In this document: in pieces, positions 38,435-48,115 of the stretch
How positions within the stretch are numbered: position 1 is the stretch's first letter
Layout: every line of letters begins with the position of its first letter
DNA from: Thermoanaerobaculia bacterium
GTDB taxonomy: Bacteria > Acidobacteriota > Thermoanaerobaculia > Gp7-AA8
NCBI GenBank assembly: GCA_046594105.1
Contig: JBKJQB010000010.1
Location: 14,096-78,095, forward strand
Direction of reading: 5' to 3'
Length of the DNA stretch: 64,000 nucleotides
Notes under the pieces: generated by a model
The model's database searches: none
The model's input: only the letters and a program-made list of their open reading frames with translations
What the model was told of the DNA's origin: nothing
Made by a program: the position numbers and the translations under genes

Positions 38435-41338
38435 CTATCGCGGAACGTCCTGCAACGCTGTGCGAATCTCCTGTTGCTGACGTCGAAGCAGGTCAGATAG
38501 CGGCTGGAACCTCGCATCGCTGCGCAGAAATCCGAAGAGGGGATTGGCCAGTACGTAGCTTGCGGTTGGCTCCTGTCGCGCCGCGGCGCGCTCGAGCGCA
38601 TCGAAGGTGCCGCCGACGTCCCCCCGCAGCGCGGCAATTTCTGCGACGCTGGTCCGAAAGTCGTCGCCGGGCCGCGAGAGCGCTTCCGCAGCCTTCAGTT
38701 CCAGGCTGGCCTCCGCGGTCGCGTGGGCCTCCGCGGCCAGGTACGCCTTCACCAGATGCACCCCGTAGTCAGCCTGCAGCCTCTGCAATTGCTTCAACTC
38801 GGTCTCGGCGATTTCCTTTGAGTGGCGCAGGACAGCAATCCGGCCGATTTTCAAACGAAGCGCCGGGTTGTTCGGAGTCTTCAGCTCTTCGTCGTAGTAC
38901 TGCGTGACCGCGGCGTCGATCTTTCCTGAGGCGGCAAGGCTGTCGGGACCGTGAAGCTCGGATTGATCGCGTGACGCCAGGGCCCGCAGGCAGGCCGCAA
39001 AGGTCTTTCCGTCGCCCACTGCAAGCGCGTACTTGCCAACCACGTTCAGCGCCTCGAGATCCTGACGGTCCCCTTTGAGAATGGTCGCGTAGGCCCGCAG
39101 GGCGGACGGCGCATCTCCAGCCTTCAGTGCGGCATGAGCCACCATCCTGGCCGCGTCAAGGTTGGCCGGGTCGAGGGAAGAGATCTGCTTCGCCAGGATC
39201 ACGGCATCTGCGTCTTTGCCCCGCTCGGCGAAGAACCTCATCGCTACGATCTGGGCGGGCAGCAGAGCGGGATCCGCTTTCATCGACGCTCTGAGCGCCG
39301 TCTCCGCTCTCCCATCGTCTTTTGCCGCGATCGCTTCCACCGCTTCGGCAAAAGCATTGCCCGCCTCTGCGGTCGCCGTCGTTTGCCGGTGCAGCCTGAT
39401 CTCCGCGACCACCAGCCCTACCATCGACTGCACGCCGCTCCATGCATCAGGAAACGGAACTGCCGTTCCTCGCTTCCCGGCCGCTCCCGTCGGAACGATT
39501 TGCGCCGCAGCGCCTCCTCCACGCACGTCCGCAGTGAACGCGCTGACATCAGCACCCGGGGAATCGACCACCCTCAACTCAGGGTACGTCCGCAGGACCT
39601 CGGCGACGCTCTTGCGAACGTTGTCAGCTCGCTGCTGCATGGCTGCATCCGCAGGCTCGACGTGGAAGGGCGAAACCATCACCTTCCGCGGATTGGAGGC
39701 GGAGGCCACCATCAACCCAGTGCCTGCTGAGGCCGTGGGGACCGAAACGGCCGGCCGCCGCATGAAGAACACCGCAGCGACGAGAAGGAGCACCACTGCC
39801 GCACCGGCGACCATCGCCAGCCGCATGCGTTTCCGCTTGCCCTCCGCAATCGCTTTTGCGGCCGATTCCGCCGCAACAGCCTCCGCTTCCGCAGCAGCGA
39901 TCGTCGCCGCTTCTGCCGCCTTGGGTTTCGGCTTCGTCTCTTCCACAGGAGCCAGCTCATAAAGCTTGACGCCGGCGCGCGCGCCGGCGTCCCGCATGCG
40001 CACGTTGCCTCGCCCTCGCTTCACAAACTCCTCTGTCACGAATAGCTGCAGGGGCTCCAGGTGCGTCAGGACCTCGCGGGACTTCTCAACAGCCCTCCCC
40101 ACGACCACTCCCTGCTCCATGCCCACTTCCCCTGCATGGAGCAGCATGCGCACCGGGATAAACTCGGTACCTTGCTGCTCCAGAGAAAAATCAAATTCTC
40201 CCTTGCGACCTGCTTCCAGAGCGCGTTCGACGTCAGGAAGCTCGGCGATCATGTGCGGACCGAAGGGATCCAGCACGTTTCCATCAAACAGGTACACCGC
40301 TTCCCCGAGGATCTGCTGCATGCGGGCCGCCGCGCGAACCGCCGATGCGGGATCCACCCTCATCAGCTCGTCGTGATTGGCGATGTCGGCAATGAAGATG
40401 ATCGCGTTGCGCATCGAGTCCGACACTGCCGACGCTGCCACTGCCGCTCCGTTACCCTGGCTGGACAGGGAGGCCGCCGCCCGGGACACCTCATTGGCAA
40501 ACTTCACGGAGCCGGGGTCCATGCGCACGATCTCGTCGACCAGGGACTTCGCGTCTTTCTGCCGCTTGAACGGATCCCTGAACAGACACTTGCCCATGAC
40601 CGACAGGACGGCGTTGTCGATGCCTGGATGGATCGACTTCGGCGAGGGCGGATTCTCTTCCATGATCTTCCGGGCCACCTCGGCTGCGGTTTCGGCGAGG
40701 TATGGCGCCCGTCCGGTCGCCATTTCGTAGAGCACGATGCCCGTCGAGAAAATGTCTGTCAGCGGTGTCAGGGCCTGACCGCTGATCTGCTCCGGCGCCA
40801 TGTACGCGACGGAGCGCAGATCACTGCCGCGCTGCTGGTACGTCGTGCTCTCTCGCTTAGCCATGAGGTTGGAAACGTTCAACCCGGCCAGCCTCACCTG
40901 CCCACTGGCCGCGATCAGTACCGAATCGCCGGCGATGTTGCCGTGGATGACTTCCTTGGCGTGCAGAAGCTTCACCACGTCGGCCAGTTGATAGGCCATG
41001 TGGAAAAAGTCCTCCCGGCCGGCCGGCTTCCCTCGAACGATCGCCGACAGCGGTTTCGATTCGAACCAGTCCATGACCAGGAGCAACACTTCGCCGGCGG
41101 CGGTCAACTCGATGATGTGCACCAGCGAGGTGTGGTACAGGGCAGCACCGAGACGCACGTCGCGGATCAACGCTTCGCGCCGGACGGGATCACGCGGCAA
41201 CTGTTTGGTGAGAATCTTGAGGGCGACCTTCTTGCCGGTCCGGGTGTCTTCAGCCGACCAGACCGAGGGGCCTACCCGATCAAGCAGCCGATACGAGAGG
41301 ATCGTATTTCCCGGAGAGAATGGATCGACGGCAGACAT
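38435..41338 (-). CDS. Membrane protein: degenerate Ser/Thr kinase domain, degenerate class-III cyclase domain, TM segment, periplasmic/TPR-like region
   Basis: Kinase fold with VALKIL Lys and APE (YMAPEQ) retained, but HRD->HGN (VIHGNIAGDS) and DFG->GLN (RLAGLNVS). The cyclase-like segment FIADIANHDEL...LFDGNVL...RMLLHAGEVGMEQGVVVGRAVEKS lacks the second metal Asp. TM helix LAMVAGAAVVLLLVAAVFF. C-terminal Ala-rich TPR-like repeats. Confidence 0.75.
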   Translation of the reverse strand: MSAVDPFSPGNTILSYRLLDRVGPSVWSAEDTRTGKKVALKILTKQLPRDPVRREALIRDVRLGAALYHTSLVHIIELTAAGEVLLLVMDWFESKPLSAIVRGKPAGREDFFHMAYQLADVVKLLHAKEVIHGNIAGDSVLIAASGQVRLAGLNVSNLMAKRESTTYQQRGSDLRSVAYMAPEQISGQALTPLTDIFSTGIVLYEMATGRAPYLAETAAEVARKIMEENPPSPKSIHPGIDNAVLSVMGKCLFRDPFKRQKDAKSLVDEIVRMDPGSVKFANEVSRAAASLSSQGNGAAVAASAVSDSMRNAIIFIADIANHDELMRVDPASAVRAAARMQQILGEAVYLFDGNVLDPFGPHMIAELPDVERALEAGRKGEFDFSLEQQGTEFIPVRMLLHAGEVGMEQGVVVGRAVEKSREVLTHLEPLQLFVTEEFVKRGRGNVRMRDAGARAGVKLYELAPVEETKPKPKAAEAATIAAAEAEAVAAESAAKAIAEGKRKRMRLAMVAGAAVVLLLVAAVFFMRRPAVSVPTASAGTGLMVASASNPRKVMVSPFHVEPADAAMQQRADNVRKSVAEVLRTYPELRVVDSPGADVSAFTADVRGGGAAAQIVPTGAAGKRGTAVPFPDAWSGVQSMVGLVVAEIRLHRQTTATAEAGNAFAEAVEAIAAKDDGRAETALRASMKADPALLPAQIVAMRFFAERGKDADAVILAKQISSLDPANLDAARMVAHAALKAGDAPSALRAYATILKGDRQDLEALNVVGKYALAVGDGKTFAACLRALASRDQSELHGPDSLAASGKIDAAVTQYYDEELKTPNNPALRLKIGRIAVLRHSKEIAETELKQLQRLQADYGVHLVKAYLAAEAHATAEASLELKAAEALSRPGDDFRTSVAEIAALRGDVGGTFDALERAAARQEPTASYVLANPLFGFLRSDARFQPLSDLLRRQQQEIRTALQDVPR

Positions 41339-41372
41339 ACAGGGAAGTATAGATGGCTGGCGGCCCCATCTG

Positions 41373-41876
41373 TCATGAAGGATCGATCTGAATGAGCTCC
41401 GCTCCACTGTCGACCGTATCGCCGATCCCCACGAAGACTTCGGTGACGATTCCATCCGCAGCGGAGGCAATCTCGTTCTCCATCTTCATCGCTTCGAGAA
41501 CGAGCAGCGCGCCACCTTTGCTTACGGAATCGCCTTTCTTCACCAGGACACGGACGATGCGACCGGGCATCAGTGCTCGAATCAACCCTCCGGCGGCAAC
41601 CTCGTCCTCTGTTCTGCTACGTTTCACGGAGAGTGGATCGGTGATCTCGACATGAATCGACGATGCCAGAAGTGTGATCTCGTGCATTGCACCGCTGCGA
41701 TGATCGATCAGCGAGAACTGCCGCCCATCCTCGAGCCGGAGAGACTGGATATGGCCACCCGCGGTCACCAGATCCGCCGTGATCATCTTTCCGTCGACGA
41801 TCACCCGATACCCGGCGCCGACGCGCTCCACTTCAATGGCCATCTCGCGGCCGTCATGGCGGGCCACCAGTTTCAT
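41373..41876 (-). CDS. accB: Biotin carboxyl carrier protein (biotin/lipoyl attachment domain)
   Basis: Biotinylation motif EAMKMENEI near the C-terminus. ATGA coupling to the upstream biotin carboxylase. Start chosen at MKLVA. Confidence 0.7.
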   Translation of the reverse strand: MKLVARHDGREMAIEVERVGAGYRVIVDGKMITADLVTAGGHIQSLRLEDGRQFSLIDHRSGAMHEITLLASSIHVEITDPLSVKRSRTEDEVAAGGLIRALMPGRIVRVLVKKGDSVSKGGALLVLEAMKMENEIASAADGIVTEVFVGIGDTVDSGAELIQIDPS

Positions 41877-43372
41877 CGGTCGCCCCGCAAGCCATCCCGC
41901 CGCCCCGACCACTTCCATGGCGAGTCGGCCTCTTCCGGGAGCCTGACCTGCTGCGATTCCTCGAAGGCCAGAATCGCCGCGGCAGTGATGGCCGCCTCGA
42001 CCTCCCTGCCGTCGGCTCCCCCCTGCTCCAGATTCATCTGAGGGAGGATCCGATCGATGAACCCGGTATCGAACCGAGCCTCACGAAACTCGGGGTGATC
42101 CATGAGCCAGGTGAAAAACGGAATGGTGGTCTGGATCCCTTCCACGCGGTACTCCATCAGCGCACGGCGCATCCGGGCGATGGTCTCAGCCCGCGTGGCC
42201 GCGTGACAGATCAGCTTCGAGAGCATCGGATCGTACGCGACCGGCACGGTGTATCCGCCGTACACGCCGTTGTCGTTCCGCACCCCGGGCCCCTGCGGAA
42301 GATTGATGAAACGAATCAGTCCAGGAGAGGGGGCGAATTTGCGTGCCGGATCCTCCGCGTAAATGCGGCATTCGATGGCGTGGCCACTCGGCTTCAGCTG
42401 CTCCTGCCGCATGCTGATTCGCTCGCCGCGGGCCACGCGGAGCTGCTCCTTGACCAGATCGACTCCCCACACCATCTCGGTGACCGGATGCTCCACCTGC
42501 AGACGAGTGTTCATCTCCAGAAAGTAGAACTGCTGATCGGGTCCCATCAGGCACTCGACGGTTCCGACAGAAAAGTAGTCGACCGCTTTTGCAGCCTGCA
42601 CCGCCATGGCCCCGAGCTTCTCCCTCAGTTCCGGCCCGACGACCGGCGACGGGCACTCTTCCACAACTTTCTGATGACGTCGTTGCAGCGTGCATTCGCG
42701 CTCTCCGACGTGGACCAGATTGCCATGCTGATCGCCGAGGACCTGCACTTCGATGTGACGCGGCGAGGCGACGAACTTCTCTGCGTAGACCGATCCGTCG
42801 CCGAAGAAGGATTGCGCCTCACTGGTCACCCGATCGTAGGCAGCCCTGAGATCCTCTGATTTCTCGACCAGGCGCATTCCCTTGCCGCCGCCACCCGCGC
42901 TGGCTTTCACCATGATCGGGAAACCGGACGCTTCTGCAAACGCTGCAATCTCGTCGAAGGATTTGACCGCCTCGGTCAGCCCGGGAACCACGGACACTCC
43001 AGCAGCCTGCATTCTCTGCCGCGCCTCCGTCTTGGAACCCATGGCATCGATGGCTTCCGGTGAAGGCCCGATGAAGATGAGCCCCGCATCGCGCACCGCC
43101 CGGGCAAATGCCGCGTTCTCGGCGAGAAATCCATATCCGGGATGGATGGCTTCGGCCCCGGTCTTCTTCGCGGCGTCCAGGATGCGGTCCACCCGCAGAT
43201 AGCTTTCCCGCGAAGGGGCCGGACCGATGGGCATGGCTTGATCCGCGTAGACCACGTGGAGAGCCGCTCGATCGGGCTCCGAGTAGACCGCGACGGTCGG
43301 GTAGCTCAATTCGCGGCAGGCGCGAATGACGCGCACGGCGATCTCTCCGCGGTTGGCAATCAGCACTTTCAT
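41873..43372 (-). CDS. accC: Biotin carboxylase (acetyl/acyl-CoA carboxylase subunit)
   Basis: MKVLIANRGEIAVRVIRACRELSYPTVAVYSEPDRAALHV... ATP-grasp fold. 499 aa with a ~50-aa C-terminal extension relative to typical AccC. No carboxyltransferase gene in the window. Confidence 0.9.
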   Translation of the reverse strand: MKVLIANRGEIAVRVIRACRELSYPTVAVYSEPDRAALHVVYADQAMPIGPAPSRESYLRVDRILDAAKKTGAEAIHPGYGFLAENAAFARAVRDAGLIFIGPSPEAIDAMGSKTEARQRMQAAGVSVVPGLTEAVKSFDEIAAFAEASGFPIMVKASAGGGGKGMRLVEKSEDLRAAYDRVTSEAQSFFGDGSVYAEKFVASPRHIEVQVLGDQHGNLVHVGERECTLQRRHQKVVEECPSPVVGPELREKLGAMAVQAAKAVDYFSVGTVECLMGPDQQFYFLEMNTRLQVEHPVTEMVWGVDLVKEQLRVARGERISMRQEQLKPSGHAIECRIYAEDPARKFAPSPGLIRFINLPQGPGVRNDNGVYGGYTVPVAYDPMLSKLICHAATRAETIARMRRALMEYRVEGIQTTIPFFTWLMDHPEFREARFDTGFIDRILPQMNLEQGGADGREVEAAITAAAILAFEESQQVRLPEEADSPWKWSGRRDGLRGDR

Positions 43373-43437
43373 CGGGGCGCATTGTAATCGGGGGGCGTTG
43401 TAATCACGGCGATCCGAAGGCTGATAAGATCCGACCC

Positions 43438-43758
43438 ATGGCTGAAGCCTCACTGCATGACCAGCGGATGGACATTCTCTCCGGCGTGGTCAAGGTATTG
43501 CTCGACGACCTTCAGCAGGGTCGGGGAGACAAGGACCGACGACGTCAGGTCGAGGAGTGGCTGCGCGGTCTGGCGGAAAAGTACCCCGAGTTCGCAATCG
43601 AGACGGGGCTGCGCGACTACTACCTGGCGGAGGCCAAACGCCTGCGCGGAGACTTCGACCAGACCTCTGAGATCAACGACAAGCTGGCCCTGGGCCGGTC
43701 CATCGAGGGTTTTCTCGACCGTGCGGCAGATTACGATCGCCGTATCACCGAGCGCTGA
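43438..43758 (+). CDS. Hypothetical 106-aa protein
   Basis: Divergent from accC. Charged, helical. No recognisable motif. Confidence 0.35.
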   Translation: MAEASLHDQRMDILSGVVKVLLDDLQQGRGDKDRRRQVEEWLRGLAEKYPEFAIETGLRDYYLAEAKRLRGDFDQTSEINDKLALGRSIEGFLDRAADYDRRITER

Positions 43759-43810
43759 TCCGCCCCTCCGCCGCTGCGGATCTCCGTCGCTCCCGAAGTC
43801 CAAATGAAAA

Positions 43811-43838
43811 AGCTCGCCGGAGCGAGCCTTTCATCAGA
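43811..43838 (-). terminator. Rho-independent terminator downstream of tRNA-Leu/secG (minus strand)
   Basis: Plus strand aaaaagctcgccggagcgagcctttc. The minus-strand hairpin gctcgc-tccg-gcgagc is followed by tttttcatttgg. Confidence 0.6.
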
Positions 43839-43843
43839 TCAAC

Positions 43844-43928
<85 letters not shown>

Positions 43929-43953
43929 AAAAAGGCAATGAGGGAAATCATTG

Positions 43954-44247
43954 TTATCGCTTTGCGGGGACAGTCGGTGCTGCGGGCGCCGGGTGGCTGC
44001 CCATCACGGAAGACCGGGGACGGGCCTGAAGAACGGCCAGCGACAGAGACGTGACCACGAAGGCCACAAAGAACCAGGTGGTCAGTTTGTGAAGAAGCGT
44101 GGTCGCCCCGCGCGCTCCAAAAGCGGTCTGGGAACCGCCACCACCGAATGCGCCTGCCAGGTCAGCGCCCTTCCCCTGCTGCAGGAGGACGACCAGGATC
44201 AGAAACAGACTGACGATGACGTGGATGATGACGAGCAGTACGATCAT
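43954..44247 (-). CDS. secG: Preprotein translocase subunit SecG
   Basis: MIVLLVIIHVIVSLFLILVVLLQQGKGADLAGAFGGGGSQTAFGARG is the canonical SecG N-terminus and Gly-rich loop. The tpiA-secG-tRNA-Leu arrangement is widely conserved. Confidence 0.85.
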   Translation of the reverse strand: MIVLLVIIHVIVSLFLILVVLLQQGKGADLAGAFGGGGSQTAFGARGATTLLHKLTTWFFVAFVVTSLSLAVLQARPRSSVMGSHPAPAAPTVPAKR

Positions 44248-44337
44248 GAGGTCTCCGAAGCAGCTCCTAACCGAGCGAGGGAGCGGATTCTTCCCGGAAA
44301 GGCGTCGCCAGTCAAGCCTTTCGCCACCCGCCTGTTT

Positions 44338-45096
44338 TCAACGGGAGATGGTCACCAGCGCCGCGTGTAGCGAGAGCAACTTCCCCGAATCGAGGCTGGC
44401 GCCGCCAACCAGAAAGCCATCCGCGTGACCGCCACCGACCAGTTCCGCGGCGTTCTCAGGCGTCACGCTTCCGCCGTATAGCACGGACGCATCCGCGGCG
44501 CAGGAAGCCGGCCAGAACCTGTTCAGCGCTTCACGAAGGTGATCGACCATCTCCGCGACCACCGGCCCGCTGGCATGGCGCCCGGTACCGATCGCCCAGA
44601 CCGGCTCGTAGGCGAGGACCAACTCCGACGCTCGTTCCAGCGCAGGAACCATTGCCGTCTTGATCTGATCGGAAACATAGATCGAGGCCTCACCCGCTTC
44701 CCGAACACGCGCATCCTCTCCCACGCACAGGATGGGGATCAGCCCGGCGTCGATGGCCATGGTGAGTTTGCGGGCAATGAATGCCGGACTCTCGCCGAAC
44801 AGCGAGCGACGTTCCGAATGACCCAGGATCACGTAGCGGGCACCCGTCTCTCGAATCATGGCCGCGGACACTTCTCCGGTGAATGCGCCTGATGGCTGAT
44901 CAGCGCAGTTCTGACCAGCCATCTCCATGGCACTGCCCTCGATGGCCGATCCAAGCTCACGCAGATGCACAAAGGGGGGAGCCACAACGACCTTCACCGG
45001 CCCCTGCAGGCTCCCGCGAAGCAGGGACGCGTACGAGCTGATGCCCTCAGGAGGCACATTCATTTTCCAGTTCGCGATGAGGTAACGGGCGGGCAT
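44338..45096 (-). CDS. tpiA: Triose-phosphate isomerase
   Basis: IANWKMN (catalytic Lys), GHSERR (His) and AYEPVWAIGTG (Glu) are all present. 252 aa. Confidence 0.92.
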   Translation of the reverse strand: MPARYLIANWKMNVPPEGISSYASLLRGSLQGPVKVVVAPPFVHLRELGSAIEGSAMEMAGQNCADQPSGAFTGEVSAAMIRETGARYVILGHSERRSLFGESPAFIARKLTMAIDAGLIPILCVGEDARVREAGEASIYVSDQIKTAMVPALERASELVLAYEPVWAIGTGRHASGPVVAEMVDHLREALNRFWPASCAADASVLYGGSVTPENAAELVGGGHADGFLVGGASLDSGKLLSLHAALVTISR

Positions 45097-45133
45097 GGAC
45101 GGGAGTGTAGACCAGCAGTGAACAGGGGGGCGG

Positions 45134-46141
45134 TCAGAATGCGAACCGGTCTTTTCCCGACCGTTTGGCTTCATAGAGACGCTCGTCGGCTCGCCTCATC
45201 AGGTCGGCCTGCGTCTCATCGTCAGGCCGCAGGTTGGCAATCCCAATGGAGATCGAACATTGAACACTTCCCTCTTCCGTCGCCTGGAGATTGAGACCCC
45301 GAAGTTTCTGCAGAAACCTCTCCGCCACCGCCACGGCACCAGGCAGATCGGTATGTGGCAGAATCAAGGCAAACTCATCCCCCCCGTAGCGGGCAAAAAA
45401 ATCGGGGGGGCGCAGCGTTTCCCGAATGGCGGCGCAAATCTCCGACAGCACGACATCACCCATGGGATGGCCGAACGTATCGTTGATCAACTTGAAATCG
45501 TCGATGTCGATCATCAGCAGCGAGAGCGGGACGCCGTAGACGCGCGCTCGATCGATTTCCTGCGGCAGCTTGGTGCTGAACGCGCGCTTGTTCGAGATCC
45601 CGGTCAGGTGATCCGTATCGGCCAGACTCTGGATCTGCCGTCGCGCTTGGATCTGGGTAATGAGCATCGCCACCTGGGCCGAGAAGATGTCAAGAATCTG
45701 GTGTTCCGTGGTCGAGAACACCTGGGTCGTGCGGAAGGTGATCAGAAGACCAGCAGTACGACCTTCGAGCTCAATGAGCGCGTGAGTAGACTCCAGGAGA
45801 TCGCCCGTCCCCGACGACGGAGCGGAAATCATGGTCTCTGAGCGGATGACCACGTCTGTCGTCTGGAAGGAGATCGGGATGACGTCTTCGAGCGCCCCCC
45901 TGATCTTTGCAATCAGCCCTTCGTTGACCAGAGGGACCGTCACTTCACTCATGGCCAGATGCAGTTCGAGGGTCTGCTCGAGCATGACTGCGACGGCCAG
46001 GTCGAAGGCAACGTATTGATGCAGGACCGGCAGCGCTTCCGAGAAAAGGTCGGCAACGGTTTCCGCCCGGGCCACGCGTCCGCCCAGATCTCGAATCAGC
46101 GCGAGAACATCACCGATCTGCTGATGGACTGATTCGACCAC
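45134..46141 (-). CDS. GAF-GGDEF diguanylate cyclase
   Basis: N-terminal GAF-like domain. C-terminal GGDEF with the intact active site RYGGDEF and an I-site-like RxxD upstream. Confidence 0.8.
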   Translation of the reverse strand: MVESVHQQIGDVLALIRDLGGRVARAETVADLFSEALPVLHQYVAFDLAVAVMLEQTLELHLAMSEVTVPLVNEGLIAKIRGALEDVIPISFQTTDVVIRSETMISAPSSGTGDLLESTHALIELEGRTAGLLITFRTTQVFSTTEHQILDIFSAQVAMLITQIQARRQIQSLADTDHLTGISNKRAFSTKLPQEIDRARVYGVPLSLLMIDIDDFKLINDTFGHPMGDVVLSEICAAIRETLRPPDFFARYGGDEFALILPHTDLPGAVAVAERFLQKLRGLNLQATEEGSVQCSISIGIANLRPDDETQADLMRRADERLYEAKRSGKDRFAF

Positions 46142-46192
46142 GAATGCTCCAATTATATGAGAGGCGACCCCTTATAATTCGTCAGAGAGACC

Positions 46193-48115
46193 ATGGTTGA
46201 GTCTTCAGCGATTCCATTCGAGCACCATGACTTACGAGGCGAACGCCTTCTGGTCCTGGCCCCCCATCCGGACGACGAGGTCATCGGATGCGGCGGAGTC
46301 CTGGCCCGCCATCTGGACCTCGGCTGCCCCGTACGGATCCTGATCGCCACCGACGGCTCGGAGGCCGATCCCGGCGAAGCCGATCGGGATGCCTACCGGG
46401 ACCGGCGGGAACAGGAGACGCGCCAGGGACTCGCTCTTCTGGGTGGAGTCTGCGAAATCACCTTCCTGCGCGCGCCCGATCGCGGTCTGGCCGCAGCAAG
46501 CCCCTCAGTGAGCGCCGCGATCGCGGGACTGTTACGAACCTTCCGTCCCGACCTGATCCTGCTCCCCAGCCCGATCGAGATTCATCCCGACCACTCGGCC
46601 CTCGCCCAATTATTCTGCCAGCTCATTCAGGGCGACCAGACCCTCGCCGCCGAGCTCGCCGTGACTCGAGTCGGTTTCTATGAGATCGGCCAGCCCCTTC
46701 GCCCCAATGTCCTCGTCGACATCACAGACGTCGCCGAACGGAAGTATGCGGCCATCTCTGCTCATGCCTCCCAGACCGCGCTGCACGACTACGTGGGCTT
46801 CACGCGAGGACTGAACGCCTACCGTGCTATGACCCTGACTGCCGATTGCTCTCGGGCCGAGGCGTACTGGGTGACCGACCTGCCGGAGTTGCGCACGCTG
46901 CCCTATTCCGCTCTCCAGCATCGAATGGGCGACGCTCGCGGCACCATCGAGGTCATCGGCGAAACCACGCCGATCAGCGTCATCATCCGGACCAGGAACC
47001 GGCCGGGCCTGTTGCGTGAGGCTCTCCAGTCCGTCCGGTCCAACGGCTATCCGGCAGAGATCGTGGTGGTCAATGACGGCGGTACGCCAGTCACCGCGGA
47101 AGACGTCACCCTCATCGTTCACGAGGAATCGCTGGGGCGCGCGGAAGCGGGAAATCGGGGCGTCCGCGAGGCAACGTCCGAGTTCGTCACTTTTCTGGAT
47201 GATGACGACCTCTACTATCCGGAGCATCTGCAGACCCTTTCCAACGCAGCGGCCGTCATGACCGGCGCGGCGTGCTACACCGACGCCGTCTCCGCATTCG
47301 TAGCCACCGGTACTTCGGGAAGTCTGGAAACGCGCTCCCGGCAACGGTTGTTCGCACGCGACTTTGACCCGGATCTGCTGCTGATCGACAACTACATCCC
47401 GCTACCGACAGTCATCGTGTCCCGGACGAATTTTCTCGACAGCGGCGGCTTCGACCCCGCGTTCGACCTTTTCGAAGACTGGGATTTCCTGATCCGGCTT
47501 TCCCGGCTGGGGCGGTTCACTCGGGTGCCGCGCATCACCTGCGAGATCCGTCACATCGAGGATAGCGGCTCGATCACTCTGACAGCTCCTGAAGGCTCCG
47601 CTCCATTCCGGAAGGCCAAGCTGCAGGTCTGGCAGAAACACGCCGCCCTCATCAACAATAATCTGATGGCCAGCGTGTTCGAAATGCAGAAGCGGGATGC
47701 TGGGCAAGTTTACGCTCAGAGGATCGAGGCAAGCGGGCTGGCCGCGTTTCACGAGCAGAGTGCCCGGCGCGTCGAGCGAGAGAAGCAGTCGCTGATCGAG
47801 CGCCTGCAGGAGCAGAACGAACATCTGAATGAAGCCGTCGTGCGCGGCAGCAACCTCGCTGGCCAGATCCGGGGCATGGAGATCCATCACGACGAGATGA
47901 GGGAAAGCCTGGCCCGATTGGAAAACGAGCGCAACGATCTCCTGGTCCGACTGGCCATCCTGGGTGACGCGCGGGTCGCTTTCGATGAGACCCAGCGGAC
48001 GATCGGGGTCCTCTACGCGGAGATCGCACGCCTTCAGAACCTCCTCGACACCATCTACGGCTCCCGCACGTGGAAGCTGCACAACGTGGTGCAACGAATC
48101 AAGGGCCAGGGTTGA
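46193..48115 (+). CDS. Fusion: PIG-L/LmbE-family N-deacetylase, GT2 glycosyltransferase, C-terminal coiled coil
   Basis: LmbE motif APHPDDEVIGCGG at the N-terminus. GT2 module from ~aa 270 (ISVIIRTRNRPGLLREALQSV...VVVNDGGT...FLDDDD DxD). Coiled-coil tail aa 520-640. Confidence 0.75.
   Translation: MVESSAIPFEHHDLRGERLLVLAPHPDDEVIGCGGVLARHLDLGCPVRILIATDGSEADPGEADRDAYRDRREQETRQGLALLGGVCEITFLRAPDRGLAAASPSVSAAIAGLLRTFRPDLILLPSPIEIHPDHSALAQLFCQLIQGDQTLAAELAVTRVGFYEIGQPLRPNVLVDITDVAERKYAAISAHASQTALHDYVGFTRGLNAYRAMTLTADCSRAEAYWVTDLPELRTLPYSALQHRMGDARGTIEVIGETTPISVIIRTRNRPGLLREALQSVRSNGYPAEIVVVNDGGTPVTAEDVTLIVHEESLGRAEAGNRGVREATSEFVTFLDDDDLYYPEHLQTLSNAAAVMTGAACYTDAVSAFVATGTSGSLETRSRQRLFARDFDPDLLLIDNYIPLPTVIVSRTNFLDSGGFDPAFDLFEDWDFLIRLSRLGRFTRVPRITCEIRHIEDSGSITLTAPEGSAPFRKAKLQVWQKHAALINNNLMASVFEMQKRDAGQVYAQRIEASGLAAFHEQSARRVEREKQSLIERLQEQNEHLNEAVVRGSNLAGQIRGMEIHHDEMRESLARLENERNDLLVRLAILGDARVAFDETQRTIGVLYAEIARLQNLLDTIYGSRTWKLHNVVQRIKGQG

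Noticed and set aside
40061-41395. 444-aa plus-strand ORF
   Set aside because: Antisense to the kinase-domain part of the pseudokinase gene.
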